Source of the DNA: a virus
Strand: one strand, 5' to 3'
Virus record (IMG/VR): IMGVR_UViG_3300020060_000011
Coordinates: 375 to 64,374 of that record
DNA: 64,000 nt
The translations under genes and the position numbers were made by a program. Shown one piece after another: positions 37,951-45,709 of the stretch (position 1 is the first letter of the stretch; every line of letters starts with the position of its first letter). The notes beneath the pieces are model-generated. The model was given only the letters and a program-made list of their open reading frames with translations. It ran no database searches and had not been told where the DNA came from.

Positions 37951-38226
37951 GAGGGCTCCCTGGGGCCGCCAGTCCCGTGAGCATACGCCGGAGGGATTAA
38001 AAAGCAAATAAATAAGGTACGTAAGGCTTCGTAGTTCTGTGGCTAAGCATAAAGTATAGAAGTGCAAAATGCTTGGAGAGGGAAAATTAAGTGGCCAAAA
38101 ATCAGGAACTACGAGATGCCCGGCTTCTACCCTAGTACACCGTACGACGGGTACATCACTTCGGATCGCCAGAGCCGGAGCGATGCGTCGGAGTCCCATA
38201 CGGGGGTACCCCCTCGCCCGAAAGCG

Positions 38227-38273
38227 ATAGTTGCCTATTGTCGGTGTCCACTCCCGGACACAGGAGAACCAAC
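38227..38273 (+). promoter_or_regulatory. early leader element, degenerate copy E
   Basis: ATAGTTGC-N9-GTG followed by hairpin GTGTCC/GGACAC and GGAGAACCAAC-ATG. Confidence 0.45.
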
Positions 38274-38465
38274 ATGTTCACTCTCAACACGCTGCGCGCC
38301 AAGACCTCGTCCTTCGTTGCCACTGCCAAGGCAGCCATGCCCTCAGCATCAAGCACCAAGATCATTGCATGCGTAGCAGCAGGCGCCGCTGTTGTGCTCG
38401 TAGTGCAGGCCGTAGCTACGGCTGCACTGTCTGACCTCGGTCACGAGATCATGGACCTGGTGTAA
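38274..38465 (+). CDS. early hypothetical membrane protein
   Basis: GGAGAACCAAC RBS; hydrophobic IIACVAAGAAVVLVVQAV. Confidence 0.65.
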   Translation: MFTLNTLRAKTSSFVATAKAAMPSASSTKIIACVAAGAAVVLVVQAVATAALSDLGHEIMDLV

Positions 38466-38476
38466 GGAGAACCAAC

Positions 38477-38698
38477 ATGTGCGACGACTACATCGCAATG
38501 GAAGACTACGGCATCGAGCCCATCTCGGAAGAAGAGATCGAGCTCGAGGACATCGAGGCGTACGCCTGCGAGATCGAAGCTGTGCGCGCACGCGCATGCA
38601 GCAAGCTGCGCCCCCTATGGGTGTGGCTCGCGTTCCACGCGCCCACGTACCGCATGCGCGAAGACTGCGCATACCGCGCAGGGTTCTTCGACCGCTAG
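38477..38698 (+). CDS. early acidic hypothetical protein
   Basis: AAGGAGAACCAAC RBS; 73 aa. Confidence 0.65.
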   Translation: MCDDYIAMEDYGIEPISEEEIELEDIEAYACEIEAVRARACSKLRPLWVWLAFHAPTYRMREDCAYRAGFFDR

Positions 38699-38707
38699 CA
38701 CCCCGCA

Positions 38708-38769
38708 GCCACTACCCCTCGGGTAGTGGCTTAGCGGCGTTGCTCAATCCTGAGCAACGGAGAACCACC
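38708..38769 (+). promoter_or_regulatory. early leader element, copy A
   Basis: GCCACTAC/GTAGTGGC hairpin, TTAGCGGCG, TTGCTCA/TGAGCAA hairpin, GGAGAACCACC-ATG. Confidence 0.65.
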
Positions 38770-38901
38770 ATGAAACGTGCACTCATCGCGCTCGTCGTTA
38801 TCGCAGGCATCGCTGTCGGCATGTATGCCACGCGCATCGACCCCAAGCTTGTACCCACGGAGTGCGCGAAGTACGCCGTCTGCATATTCAAGCTGCCGTG
38901 A
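38770..38901 (+). CDS. small early membrane or secreted protein
   Basis: MKRALIALVVIAGIAVG; strong RBS. Confidence 0.6.
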   Translation: MKRALIALVVIAGIAVGMYATRIDPKLVPTECAKYAVCIFKLP

Positions 38902-38911
38902 GGAGAACGCC

Positions 38912-39157
38912 ATGCGTACCACCAAGCAGCAGCGCATAAATGCCCTGGTCCTGGAGAACGAGCAGCTGCGCACCCTGTGCGCGGAGTGGGCACAGGACGC
39001 CAAGCGCCTGCGCCTCACCATCGTCAAGCTCACCGCGCGGCGCGCGGCGAGCTTTAGAACCATGCCCAACGCCACCGAGCGCCAGGCCGCGATCGCGTAC
39101 TGCGCGCAGCACGGCGTACCGAGCGTCACGCGTCAAGCGCTGCGGGGCGCGGCATGA
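38912..39157 (+). CDS. early hypothetical protein
   Basis: GAGGAG RBS; 81 aa. Confidence 0.65.
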   Translation: MRTTKQQRINALVLENEQLRTLCAEWAQDAKRLRLTIVKLTARRAASFRTMPNATERQAAIAYCAQHGVPSVTRQALRGAA

Positions 39158-39378
39158 CCGACCTCTATCGCGAGGGCTGGCTCGACGCCATGACGAAACG
39201 AGCACCGGCGCACACCGCGCCGGTGTACCTCGAAGGCTGGGACGAGGGCATGCGCCATCGCACCCACGACGCGATGAACGCGATCAGCGATTTAAAAGCG
39301 GGCAAACAACGTGCCAGGGCGCTGTGGCAGCGCATACAGTCCCGGCAAACAGCGTGCCAGGTATTTGGAACGAAGTAA
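39154..39378 (+). CDS. early hypothetical protein
   Basis: ATGA coupling; YREGW / YLEGW internal repeat. Confidence 0.6.
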   Translation: MTDLYREGWLDAMTKRAPAHTAPVYLEGWDEGMRHRTHDAMNAISDLKAGKQRARALWQRIQSRQTACQVFGTK

Positions 39379-39480
39379 TTCGCTCCTAGCACGAAGCGTG
39401 CCAAGTGCTACGGCCTTGGCACCGACCCCACCACGACCAGCAGACCGCGTCAAGCGGTTTGTAGTTGTTAAAATTTGCAG

Positions 39481-39887
39481 CGTGTACAAACTCCAGCCTT
39501 TACCCGAGGAAAAGCGGTGACCGGTCGCTCAGATTTCGAAGGTTTAGATTTGTACACGTAGTTTCTTCATTTCTGAATAACTAAATCATCTGTGGATAAC
39601 TAGTATTGACAATCCTTGTATCCCGCACCCCATATGGGTTTCACATTTCTTCGATCTAAATCAATGTCGTCTATAGTCATCCATTTCACGTGTACAAACC
39701 ACGTGTACAAAATGGTTTTCGTTCAGGAACGTTGTTCCTAGCGCGTCACATAGCCGTTTCACGCAGTTTTGCACCCCTCAACGTGTACAAACTCAGACCC
39801 GATTCAAACGCTCGTTCTAATTCCATCTAGAACACGAGCCATTTTCCGGCCTACGTGTACAGATTACAGCGCTCGGGTTTGTACACG
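39481..39887. repeat. dispersed CGTGTACAAA array (7 copies, both orientations) in an AT-rich non-coding region
   Basis: copies at 39481(+), 39549(-), 39689(+), 39702(+), 39782(+), 39854(+, 1 mismatch), 39878(-). Confidence 0.85.
39591..39599 (-). promoter_or_regulatory. consensus DnaA box
   Basis: TGTGGATAA = reverse complement of TTATCCACA, inside the repeat array. Confidence 0.5.
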
Positions 39888-39956
39888 TTGAAACTGAACG
39901 AGAGTTAACTACAGTCTAAATACTCCGGTCTATGCCTTCTATCTATTTTCAAATCG

Positions 39957-40001
39957 GTAGTGGCTTAGCGCTGTTGAGCATTCCGCTCCGGGAGAACCAC
40001 C
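39957..40001 (+). promoter_or_regulatory. early leader element, copy B
   Basis: GTAGTGGC-TTAGCGCTG-TTGAGC..GCTC hairpin-GGAGAACCACC-ATG. Confidence 0.65.
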
Positions 40002-40364
40002 ATGTTCGACACCCTCAACCTCGTAGGTTCTGGCTACCTCGCCATTAAGGCCATGCACCGCAAAGGCCAGAACGACACTGCGCAGCGCATCGACGACCTC
40101 GTCGCCGGCACGCCGGTGCCGGTCATCTGCATCGACGCCATCGCCAACAGCACGGCCAACATCGCTCTTGCGATCGGCGCCCTTGCGTTCGCCCCGTTCT
40201 CAGGCCCCGTCGGCCTGGTCCTCGCAGCGAAAGACCTCTACGTCCACCGCGCGCAGATCAAAGCCGGTGCGATTGCAGCGCACGCACGCGTCACCACGCT
40301 GTTACGCCGCCGCTCGGCGAAGCCGGTGGCGAGGCTCTACATCCTTAAGGGAGCGACGTCATGA
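40002..40364 (+). CDS. early hypothetical membrane-associated protein
   Basis: 120 aa; hydrophobic middle segment; strong RBS. Confidence 0.7.
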   Translation: MFDTLNLVGSGYLAIKAMHRKGQNDTAQRIDDLVAGTPVPVICIDAIANSTANIALAIGALAFAPFSGPVGLVLAAKDLYVHRAQIKAGAIAAHARVTTLLRRRSAKPVARLYILKGATS

Positions 40365-40594
40365 TCACTTCAGGCTCGTACCATGTCGACGTCTTTCATT
40401 GCGTCACGCAAGCCAAAACACTCGGCATGGATGCCGGCGTGCCACTCCTTTGCAGCACCTTCGGAATGCTGGCTTCGACTGCCGAAGCGCTCATCCACGG
40501 TGGCATCACCTGGTCTGTCCAGATCGACGAAACGACAGGCGAGCAAGTCCTACATCTCGGAGACGCATCATGTTCCTCTCATCTGCACTCGTAA
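40361..40594 (+). CDS. early hypothetical protein
   Basis: ATGA coupling; 77 aa. Confidence 0.55.
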   Translation: MITSGSYHVDVFHCVTQAKTLGMDAGVPLLCSTFGMLASTAEALIHGGITWSVQIDETTGEQVLHLGDASCSSHLHS

Positions 40595-40887
40595 CCTTCT
40601 TCGCCTTCTGGATACTGACCAAACACCTCAGCCCCCAGACCATGCGCCGCGTAGTCGGCCACAAAGGCAAGGTTGACCTGTGCCTCCACCTCGGCGTTAT
40701 CCTCCTGTTCCACGGCACGTTCAGCGGTCTCATGCAGGCCGAGTGCGCAGCCATTATGGGCTCGATGTACCTGCTCGCGTACCGGAAGCTGATGGGCTAC
40801 GAGCTGCGTATCAACGGCCAGTGGGTCCGGTTCGCGGGTCGCATGACTGCGGCGACTGCACCTTCGGCACAAGGAGCAACGACATGA
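40570..40887 (+). CDS. early multi-TM membrane protein
   Basis: MFLSSALVTFFAFWIL...; three hydrophobic segments. Confidence 0.65.
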   Translation: MFLSSALVTFFAFWILTKHLSPQTMRRVVGHKGKVDLCLHLGVILLFHGTFSGLMQAECAAIMGSMYLLAYRKLMGYELRINGQWVRFAGRMTAATAPSAQGATT

Positions 40888-41135
40888 AGATTATTACTTC
40901 GTCATCCGCTTACGGCGACAGAACTATGTCTGTCGCCGAATACATCGAGAGCGGACTTACCGCCGACAGTGGACGCGGTGTTGTCGAAGATGCACAGCAA
41001 ACAGCACAGCGCTGCGCCAAAGCAATAGGCATGCTGGTCGAGCGTCTTGTAGACGAAGGCAAACTCAGCCTCGACGAAATAAGCAAGCTCGCCGGTCCGT
41101 ACGCCTACGGAGCTAAAATTGCATTCGACAAATAA
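40884..41135 (+). CDS. early hypothetical protein
   Basis: AAGGAG RBS; ATGA coupling. Confidence 0.65.
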   Translation: MKIITSSSAYGDRTMSVAEYIESGLTADSGRGVVEDAQQTAQRCAKAIGMLVERLVDEGKLSLDEISKLAGPYAYGAKIAFDK

Positions 41136-41147
41136 GAACTATCCAAA

Positions 41148-41212
41148 GCCACTGCCTGCGAGCAAAGCAGGTAGTGGCTTAGAGCTATTGAGCATCAGGC
41201 TCGACGGAGACG
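41148..41212 (+). promoter_or_regulatory. early leader element, copy C
   Basis: GCCACTGCCTGC/GCAGGTAGTGGC hairpin, TTAGAGCTA, TTGAGC/GCTCGA hairpin, GGAG RBS. Confidence 0.65.
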
Positions 41213-41707
41213 ATGATGTATTACGCAGGTATAGGCTCACGTGAGACACCGCCCAGCACGCTAGCTACCATGACCAAGATCGCGCGGAAGCTCGCATTAC
41301 GTGGCTACACGCTACGCAGCGGTGCAGCGCCCGGTGCGGACTCAGCATTCGAGGCGGGCGCCGGAGACGCGAAAGAAATATACCTGCCGTGGCCACGCTT
41401 CAACGGCAACACGTCACGACTTTGCTACCCGTCCGCAGCTGCACTTGAGATGGCTGCGAAGTTCCACCCAGCATGGGACCGTTGCTCGCAGGGTGCACAG
41501 AAGCTCCATGCACGGAACTGCCACCAGATACTCGGCGATGACCTCATGACGCCAGTTCGCTTCGTCGTATGTTGGACAAGAGCCGGCGCAGGCGGCGGTG
41601 GCACTGGTCAGGCGCTACGCATCGCCAAAGCCGAAGAGATCCCGATCTTCGACTTAGGCCGCGGCGAAGACGCGCTCTTAGAACTCGCCAAGTTTCTGAA
41701 GCAATGA
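41213..41707 (+). CDS. SLOG/DprA-like Rossmann-fold protein
   Basis: YAGIGSRETP, LRSGAAPGADSAFE, ARNCHQILG, GGTGQALRIA motifs. Confidence 0.8.
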   Translation: MMYYAGIGSRETPPSTLATMTKIARKLALRGYTLRSGAAPGADSAFEAGAGDAKEIYLPWPRFNGNTSRLCYPSAAALEMAAKFHPAWDRCSQGAQKLHARNCHQILGDDLMTPVRFVVCWTRAGAGGGGTGQALRIAKAEEIPIFDLGRGEDALLELAKFLKQ

Positions 41708-41713
41708 TTGCAG

Positions 41714-41777
41714 GTGCAAAGCCGTTAGTGGCTTTGCACTGTTGGACCGATCGGGTCCATCTCTTGAGATCACGACA
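41714..41777 (+). promoter_or_regulatory. early leader element, copy D
   Basis: GTGCAAAGCC/GGCTTTGCAC hairpin containing TTAGTGGC-N9-TTG, then TGGACC/GGTCCA hairpin. Confidence 0.55.
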
Positions 41778-42575
41778 ATGGCACGTAACAGCAAGCCCAC
41801 CAGCGCCGCGGACCGCGAAGCACTGAACCAGCTCTTCGGTGACTTCGTCGAGAAGCCCGAGGCAAAACCCGCGCACCTCGAATCCGAAAGCCACAGCACC
41901 TCGGTCTCCGAGCCCGCTCCGGCGCGCGTCACGATGAACCCGCTGGCGAAGACCTACCTCGCCAACGCGGTGTCGAACCTGACGCGGCAGCCGAGCTCGA
42001 AACTGAAGGACGACTTCCGCGCCACGCTACACCACTGGCGCAGCCTGACCATCATGGCGCTCAAGACGGCTGACGAGCCGACCGCGCTCGTCAACGTCGT
42101 CCTCGCCACCGTCGAGTCCGAAGGCACGTTCGACGCCATGCGCCTGGTCCGGAACGTGTCCCAGCAGCTGCTGTGGCAGGCCAGCGTCGACGTCCAGCGC
42201 GACCGCCGCACGGCGAGCGAAACGACCCAGTCCTCGTTCCAGGACGGCATGGACACGCACTGCGATGCGGACACCGTGATCCCGCCGAGCGAGGACGAAG
42301 CGGTCGACGCGCTCGTCGAAGCGCACGGCTGGCTGTCGACGATCGCCGACCTGTTGCCGAACGATGACGAGGACCGGGCGCGCCTGGGCATCGACGGCGG
42401 GCTGGAGTACACCCAGACCAAGCAGGACGATGACACCTGGGTACGCGTCTACAGCGTCAACGAGGCCATCGACCTGCAGCTGGCGAAGAACATCGAGTCG
42501 ATGAAACGCCGGGACGGGCAGAAGGTGCTGCAGCGCAAGGACGCATTCATCGCGCTGGCAAAGCTCGCCGCATAA
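41778..42575 (+). CDS. early hypothetical protein
   Basis: 265 aa from MARNSKP; strong codon bias. Confidence 0.75.
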   Translation: MARNSKPTSAADREALNQLFGDFVEKPEAKPAHLESESHSTSVSEPAPARVTMNPLAKTYLANAVSNLTRQPSSKLKDDFRATLHHWRSLTIMALKTADEPTALVNVVLATVESEGTFDAMRLVRNVSQQLLWQASVDVQRDRRTASETTQSSFQDGMDTHCDADTVIPPSEDEAVDALVEAHGWLSTIADLLPNDDEDRARLGIDGGLEYTQTKQDDDTWVRVYSVNEAIDLQLAKNIESMKRRDGQKVLQRKDAFIALAKLAA

Positions 42576-42607
42576 ACGACGCTTTTCGTACTACTGCAAC
42601 GCACTAT

Positions 42608-42642
42608 AGCCGCCACTCTTCGGAGTGGCGGCTTTTTATTTT
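42608..42642 (+). terminator. Rho-independent terminator
   Basis: AGCCGCCACTC-TTCG-GAGTGGCGGCT followed by a T-tract. Confidence 0.9.
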
Positions 42643-42668
42643 GTGCGCAAAGAAATGTAAGCACGAAC

Positions 42669-42690
42669 GTGGGGCCACAGTGGGGCCACA
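42669..42690 (+). repeat. tandem GTGGGGCCACA x2 (integrase arm-type or operator candidate)
   Basis: perfect 11-bp direct repeat just upstream of the Arc-like gene and integrase. Confidence 0.7.
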
Positions 42691-42708
42691 TTTGCAGGAG
42701 ACTGCATC

Positions 42709-42879
42709 ATGATCAAGACAATCAAATTCAATCTGCGCGTCCCCAGCGCGCTGTACCAACAAGCACGAACAATCGCGCAGAAAAAAGGCATGAGTGTAAA
42801 TGCGCTCTTCGTGCTAGCCATACGCATTTTCATTAGTGGACATAACAACTCCACGCCAGATTCACAAAAAACCAAATAG
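42709..42879 (+). CDS. Arc/RHH-family DNA-binding protein
   Basis: MIKTIKFNLRVPSALYQQARTIAQKKGMSVNALFVLAI; GGAG RBS; not in the ORF track. Confidence 0.75.
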   Translation: MIKTIKFNLRVPSALYQQARTIAQKKGMSVNALFVLAIRIFISGHNNSTPDSQKTK

Positions 42880-43030
42880 AGTTCCGGCTGCTGTTGGGGG
42901 AACGAAGTTCCGCGCATGGATGTGTACGGACTACGTAAAGCATCACGTCTGTAACCACCGGGGACTTCTTCCATTGGCCAACGAGCGCCGAGCTGCGAAC
43001 GTTTGTTCCGCACACGAGGCTCGCCGTGTC

Positions 43031-43966
43031 GTGTCGATCAAACAGCGCCGCGACAGCGGTGCATGGGAAGTCACTGTCTGCCTACCCAACAGACCCATCG
43101 TCCGCAAAAGCAACAAGGACTGGACGAAGCGCGACGCTCAACGCGTCGAGTACGAACTGCTGAATCCGCAAGCCAGTCAAGGCCATACCCTCGATCAAGC
43201 CATCGAGAAATGGAAAGCTGAACACGTCGTCCACATGAAGAGCGCCAAGGCTACGCTCGAGCACGCACACAAGCTCCAGGAATACACCGCCGGCCGCGCG
43301 CTGGACGACGCACCCGCAGTCGGAGAGCTCATCAAGCAGAAGATGGCGAAGCTGAAGCCCGCGACCATCAACCGTCGCTTGGCGATCCTGCGCCAGATCT
43401 GCTACATGGCCCACGACCGGTGGCACCCGGCCTGGCTCGAGCACCCGCTCGGCCAGAAGATCAAGCTCCTGCCGGAGAACAACGAACGACATTTCTACCT
43501 AACCCGCGCACAGGTCGAGGCTTTAGCTTTCGCCTGCGTCAATCGCGAGGCCGCGGACCTGATCGTGTTCGCGGCGTTCACCGGCCTGCGTAAGTCTGAG
43601 ATGTTCCGCATGACGGCCGACCATGTGGTCAACAACGCGCTCCTGCTTAACGCCAATACAAAGAACGGACGTCCCAGCATGTTGCCGCTGCATCCGCGCG
43701 CGCTGCATATCGCACTGAAGCTCCCACTCACCATCACGCCGAAGATCCTACGCGACGAATGGACCGCAGTGCGCAAGACGTGCAACCTCAAGCACATCCA
43801 CTGGCACGACCTGCGCCACACCTACGCTTCGTGGCTCGTGCAGGCCGGTGTATCCTTACTCGAGGTCAAGGAGCTGATGCGCCACGCAACGATCCATATG
43901 ACCATGCGCTACGCACACCTGGCGCCGGACAACCTGCGCGCCGCGGTGGCTAAACTGGCGAATTAG
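43031..43966 (+). CDS. int: tyrosine recombinase / integrase
   Basis: TGLRKSE, TKNG, HDLRHTYASWL, LMRH...TMRYAHL catalytic set; GTG start chosen within track ORF 42836..43966. Confidence 0.92.
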   Translation: MSIKQRRDSGAWEVTVCLPNRPIVRKSNKDWTKRDAQRVEYELLNPQASQGHTLDQAIEKWKAEHVVHMKSAKATLEHAHKLQEYTAGRALDDAPAVGELIKQKMAKLKPATINRRLAILRQICYMAHDRWHPAWLEHPLGQKIKLLPENNERHFYLTRAQVEALAFACVNREAADLIVFAAFTGLRKSEMFRMTADHVVNNALLLNANTKNGRPSMLPLHPRALHIALKLPLTITPKILRDEWTAVRKTCNLKHIHWHDLRHTYASWLVQAGVSLLEVKELMRHATIHMTMRYAHLAPDNLRAAVAKLAN

Positions 43967-43975
43967 GAGAAAGAG

Positions 43976-44101
43976 ATGGTGGTATGGGTCGCGTACAACT
44001 TTTTCGGTGATTTAATCGCAGAAGCTGACAGCGAAGGCGAGCTATATTTCGCGCTCGGCGATCGCGACGACATCGCACTTATTGGAACGGTGACGCCGTG
44101 A
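43976..44101 (+). CDS. small hypothetical protein
   Basis: AGGAG RBS; 41 aa; GTGA coupling. Confidence 0.5.
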   Translation: MVVWVAYNFFGDLIAEADSEGELYFALGDRDDIALIGTVTP

Positions 44102-44283
44102 ACGTCGACGACGTTGGCACGTGGCGCTTCTGCCCCGCCTGTGCAGCACCGATCCTGCCACCTGACACGGCGCGCGAAGATCCGAACGACGATGCATTTG
44201 AGTTCGACGAGGTTCGCTGCTCGACGTGCGAACGGCCGTGGATCGCGTGTCCGTGCGAACCCTTTAATAAGGAATCGAAATGA
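44098..44283 (+). CDS. small zinc-finger protein
   Basis: CPAC...CSTC...CPC. Confidence 0.6.
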   Translation: MNVDDVGTWRFCPACAAPILPPDTAREDPNDDAFEFDEVRCSTCERPWIACPCEPFNKESK

Positions 44284-44603
44284 AACTCCCACTTCATATC
44301 GACTGGTCTCCCGATGGCAACATCGTATGGGGCATCAACGACGCGAACGATAACCGCGTAATAGGCACCGACGCGGGGTACTACGAGCTAAAGCTCGAAG
44401 ATGCCAAAGAGATCGTCACTGCATGCAACAACGCGATGACCGAAGCGCGTGCGCGCGAGATACTCGGAAGTCGTCTTACAGCCGACGGCTCTTTTCGAGA
44501 CTGGCCGTTCTACCACGGAGACACGCTGGCGCTCGACGGCAACTTTAATGCCGACGAGCTCGAAGCCATCGCCTGGTGGATGCGGAACAAGGGAACGAGA
44601 TGA
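44280..44603 (+). CDS. hypothetical protein
   Basis: 107 aa, ATGA coupling. Confidence 0.65.
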   Translation: MKLPLHIDWSPDGNIVWGINDANDNRVIGTDAGYYELKLEDAKEIVTACNNAMTEARAREILGSRLTADGSFRDWPFYHGDTLALDGNFNADELEAIAWWMRNKGTR

Positions 44604-44872
44604 AAAAGCTGCGCGTTCCTTATAGCCAGATGTTGCTTCGCCGCAACGTAGTTTCTTCAATGGACCGCATGGCGTTCTACACGCTTGCCGGCGATTGGTT
44701 TACGAAGCGCAAATCGCAACGATCGACACTGCGTAGGCAGCGGTTCGAGCAGAACAAACTGAGTATCCAGCCTCGCTATGTAAGCAACCACGAAGAAATG
44801 CTCTGGAAACAGCAGCACTATCCGCGTTGGATATGGGATCGTATGAAGAAAGGCTATAAGGACGCACCATGA
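44600..44872 (+). CDS. basic hypothetical protein
   Basis: 90 aa, ATGA coupling. Confidence 0.55.
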   Translation: MKKLRVPYSQMLLRRNVVSSMDRMAFYTLAGDWFTKRKSQRSTLRRQRFEQNKLSIQPRYVSNHEEMLWKQQHYPRWIWDRMKKGYKDAP

Positions 44873-45096
44873 GATTCAAAGTCGAAACATCACACGACGA
44901 CGTGCGCAACAAGCGCATCCGGTTCGAAGGCGAGATCAGCGATCGTGACCTCATGCAGCTGCGTCTGACCGGGTTCGATCGCAAGATCGTAGAGGACTGC
45001 CGGCAGGGCTCGACGTCCGACGACTGGCTGCTAGCGCTTGAGATCATCTTCCGCCGGCATCGCGAGCAGAACGAAGCGAAGAAGGTGAAGGTGTGA
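44869..45096 (+). CDS. hypothetical protein
   Basis: 75 aa, coupled. Confidence 0.6.
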   Translation: MRFKVETSHDDVRNKRIRFEGEISDRDLMQLRLTGFDRKIVEDCRQGSTSDDWLLALEIIFRRHREQNEAKKVKV

Positions 45097-45359
45097 ACGC
45101 TCCAAAGTTTTTCTGCTATCGCGTTGACAGCAAAGAGCTCACGGTTCGCCAGCGTGAGTACGTCGGAATATTCCCTGAGGCCGGCGGCGAAGTGCATGGC
45201 ATCGGCGGTATGGAAGGCATCGCCAACGAAACGACGTTCCTGCTCAGAAAGAACGCGGACCGCGCGCTCACTGCTTCGATTCGTCGCCAACTCGGTCATC
45301 ACGTGCGCCGTATGACGGCGTTATTGCGCGTGCTCAAAGCGATGGGAGAAGCACAATGA
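45093..45359 (+). CDS. hypothetical protein
   Basis: 88 aa, GTGA coupling. Confidence 0.55.
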   Translation: MNAPKFFCYRVDSKELTVRQREYVGIFPEAGGEVHGIGGMEGIANETTFLLRKNADRALTASIRRQLGHHVRRMTALLRVLKAMGEAQ

Positions 45360-45490
45360 ACGAGAACTACGTCATTGCCGTTTACAAGGCGCTCTTTCCT
45401 GAGACCATCAAGAAGTACGGTATGGTTCCAACGGAGTGGCTAGCAAAAGTGCGCGAAGCTCTCGTCGCTGCAGAACCATTTCGTAATTAA
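45356..45490 (+). CDS. small hypothetical protein
   Basis: 44 aa, GGAG RBS, ATGA coupling. Confidence 0.5.
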   Translation: MNENYVIAVYKALFPETIKKYGMVPTEWLAKVREALVAAEPFRN

Positions 45491-45532
45491 CTTTTTCTTA
45501 TTCCCCCTGCACGCTCTGTGCCACGCTCGCGC

Positions 45533-45563
45533 TTGACACGCTACTACACGAGAGCTACACAAT
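45533..45563 (+). promoter_or_regulatory. possible sigma70 promoter for replication genes
   Basis: perfect TTGACA; only weak -10 candidates (TACACA/CACAAT). Confidence 0.35.
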
Positions 45564-45653
45564 AGCCTCCTGCCCAACTCGGTGGCGCCAAGCGCGGCGC
45601 ATCGCAAGTCCCTTGTTTTACGCTACGGAATCGCCAGCGACCCGTCTTCACCG

Positions 45654-45709
45654 GCGCTTCACGCATCGGTTTTCAAGACCGGTGCCTTAAACCGCTCGGC
45701 CACCTCTCC
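45654..45709 (-). tRNA. 5' half of tRNA-Ser(UGA) only; no T-arm or 3' acceptor strand (attP candidate)
   Basis: minus strand GGAGAGG-TG-GCCGAGCGGTTTAAGGC-A-CCGGT-CTTGAAA-ACCG; no GGTTCGAATCC or CCTCTCC follows. Confidence 0.8.

Noticed and set aside
38723-38743. TGGC...TTGC read as a sigma54 promoter
   Set aside because: GG-to-GC spacing is 12, not the required 10
39301-39405. Three GCGTGCCA-like repeats
   Set aside because: Short, mostly inside a coding ORF and GC-rich; could arise by chance
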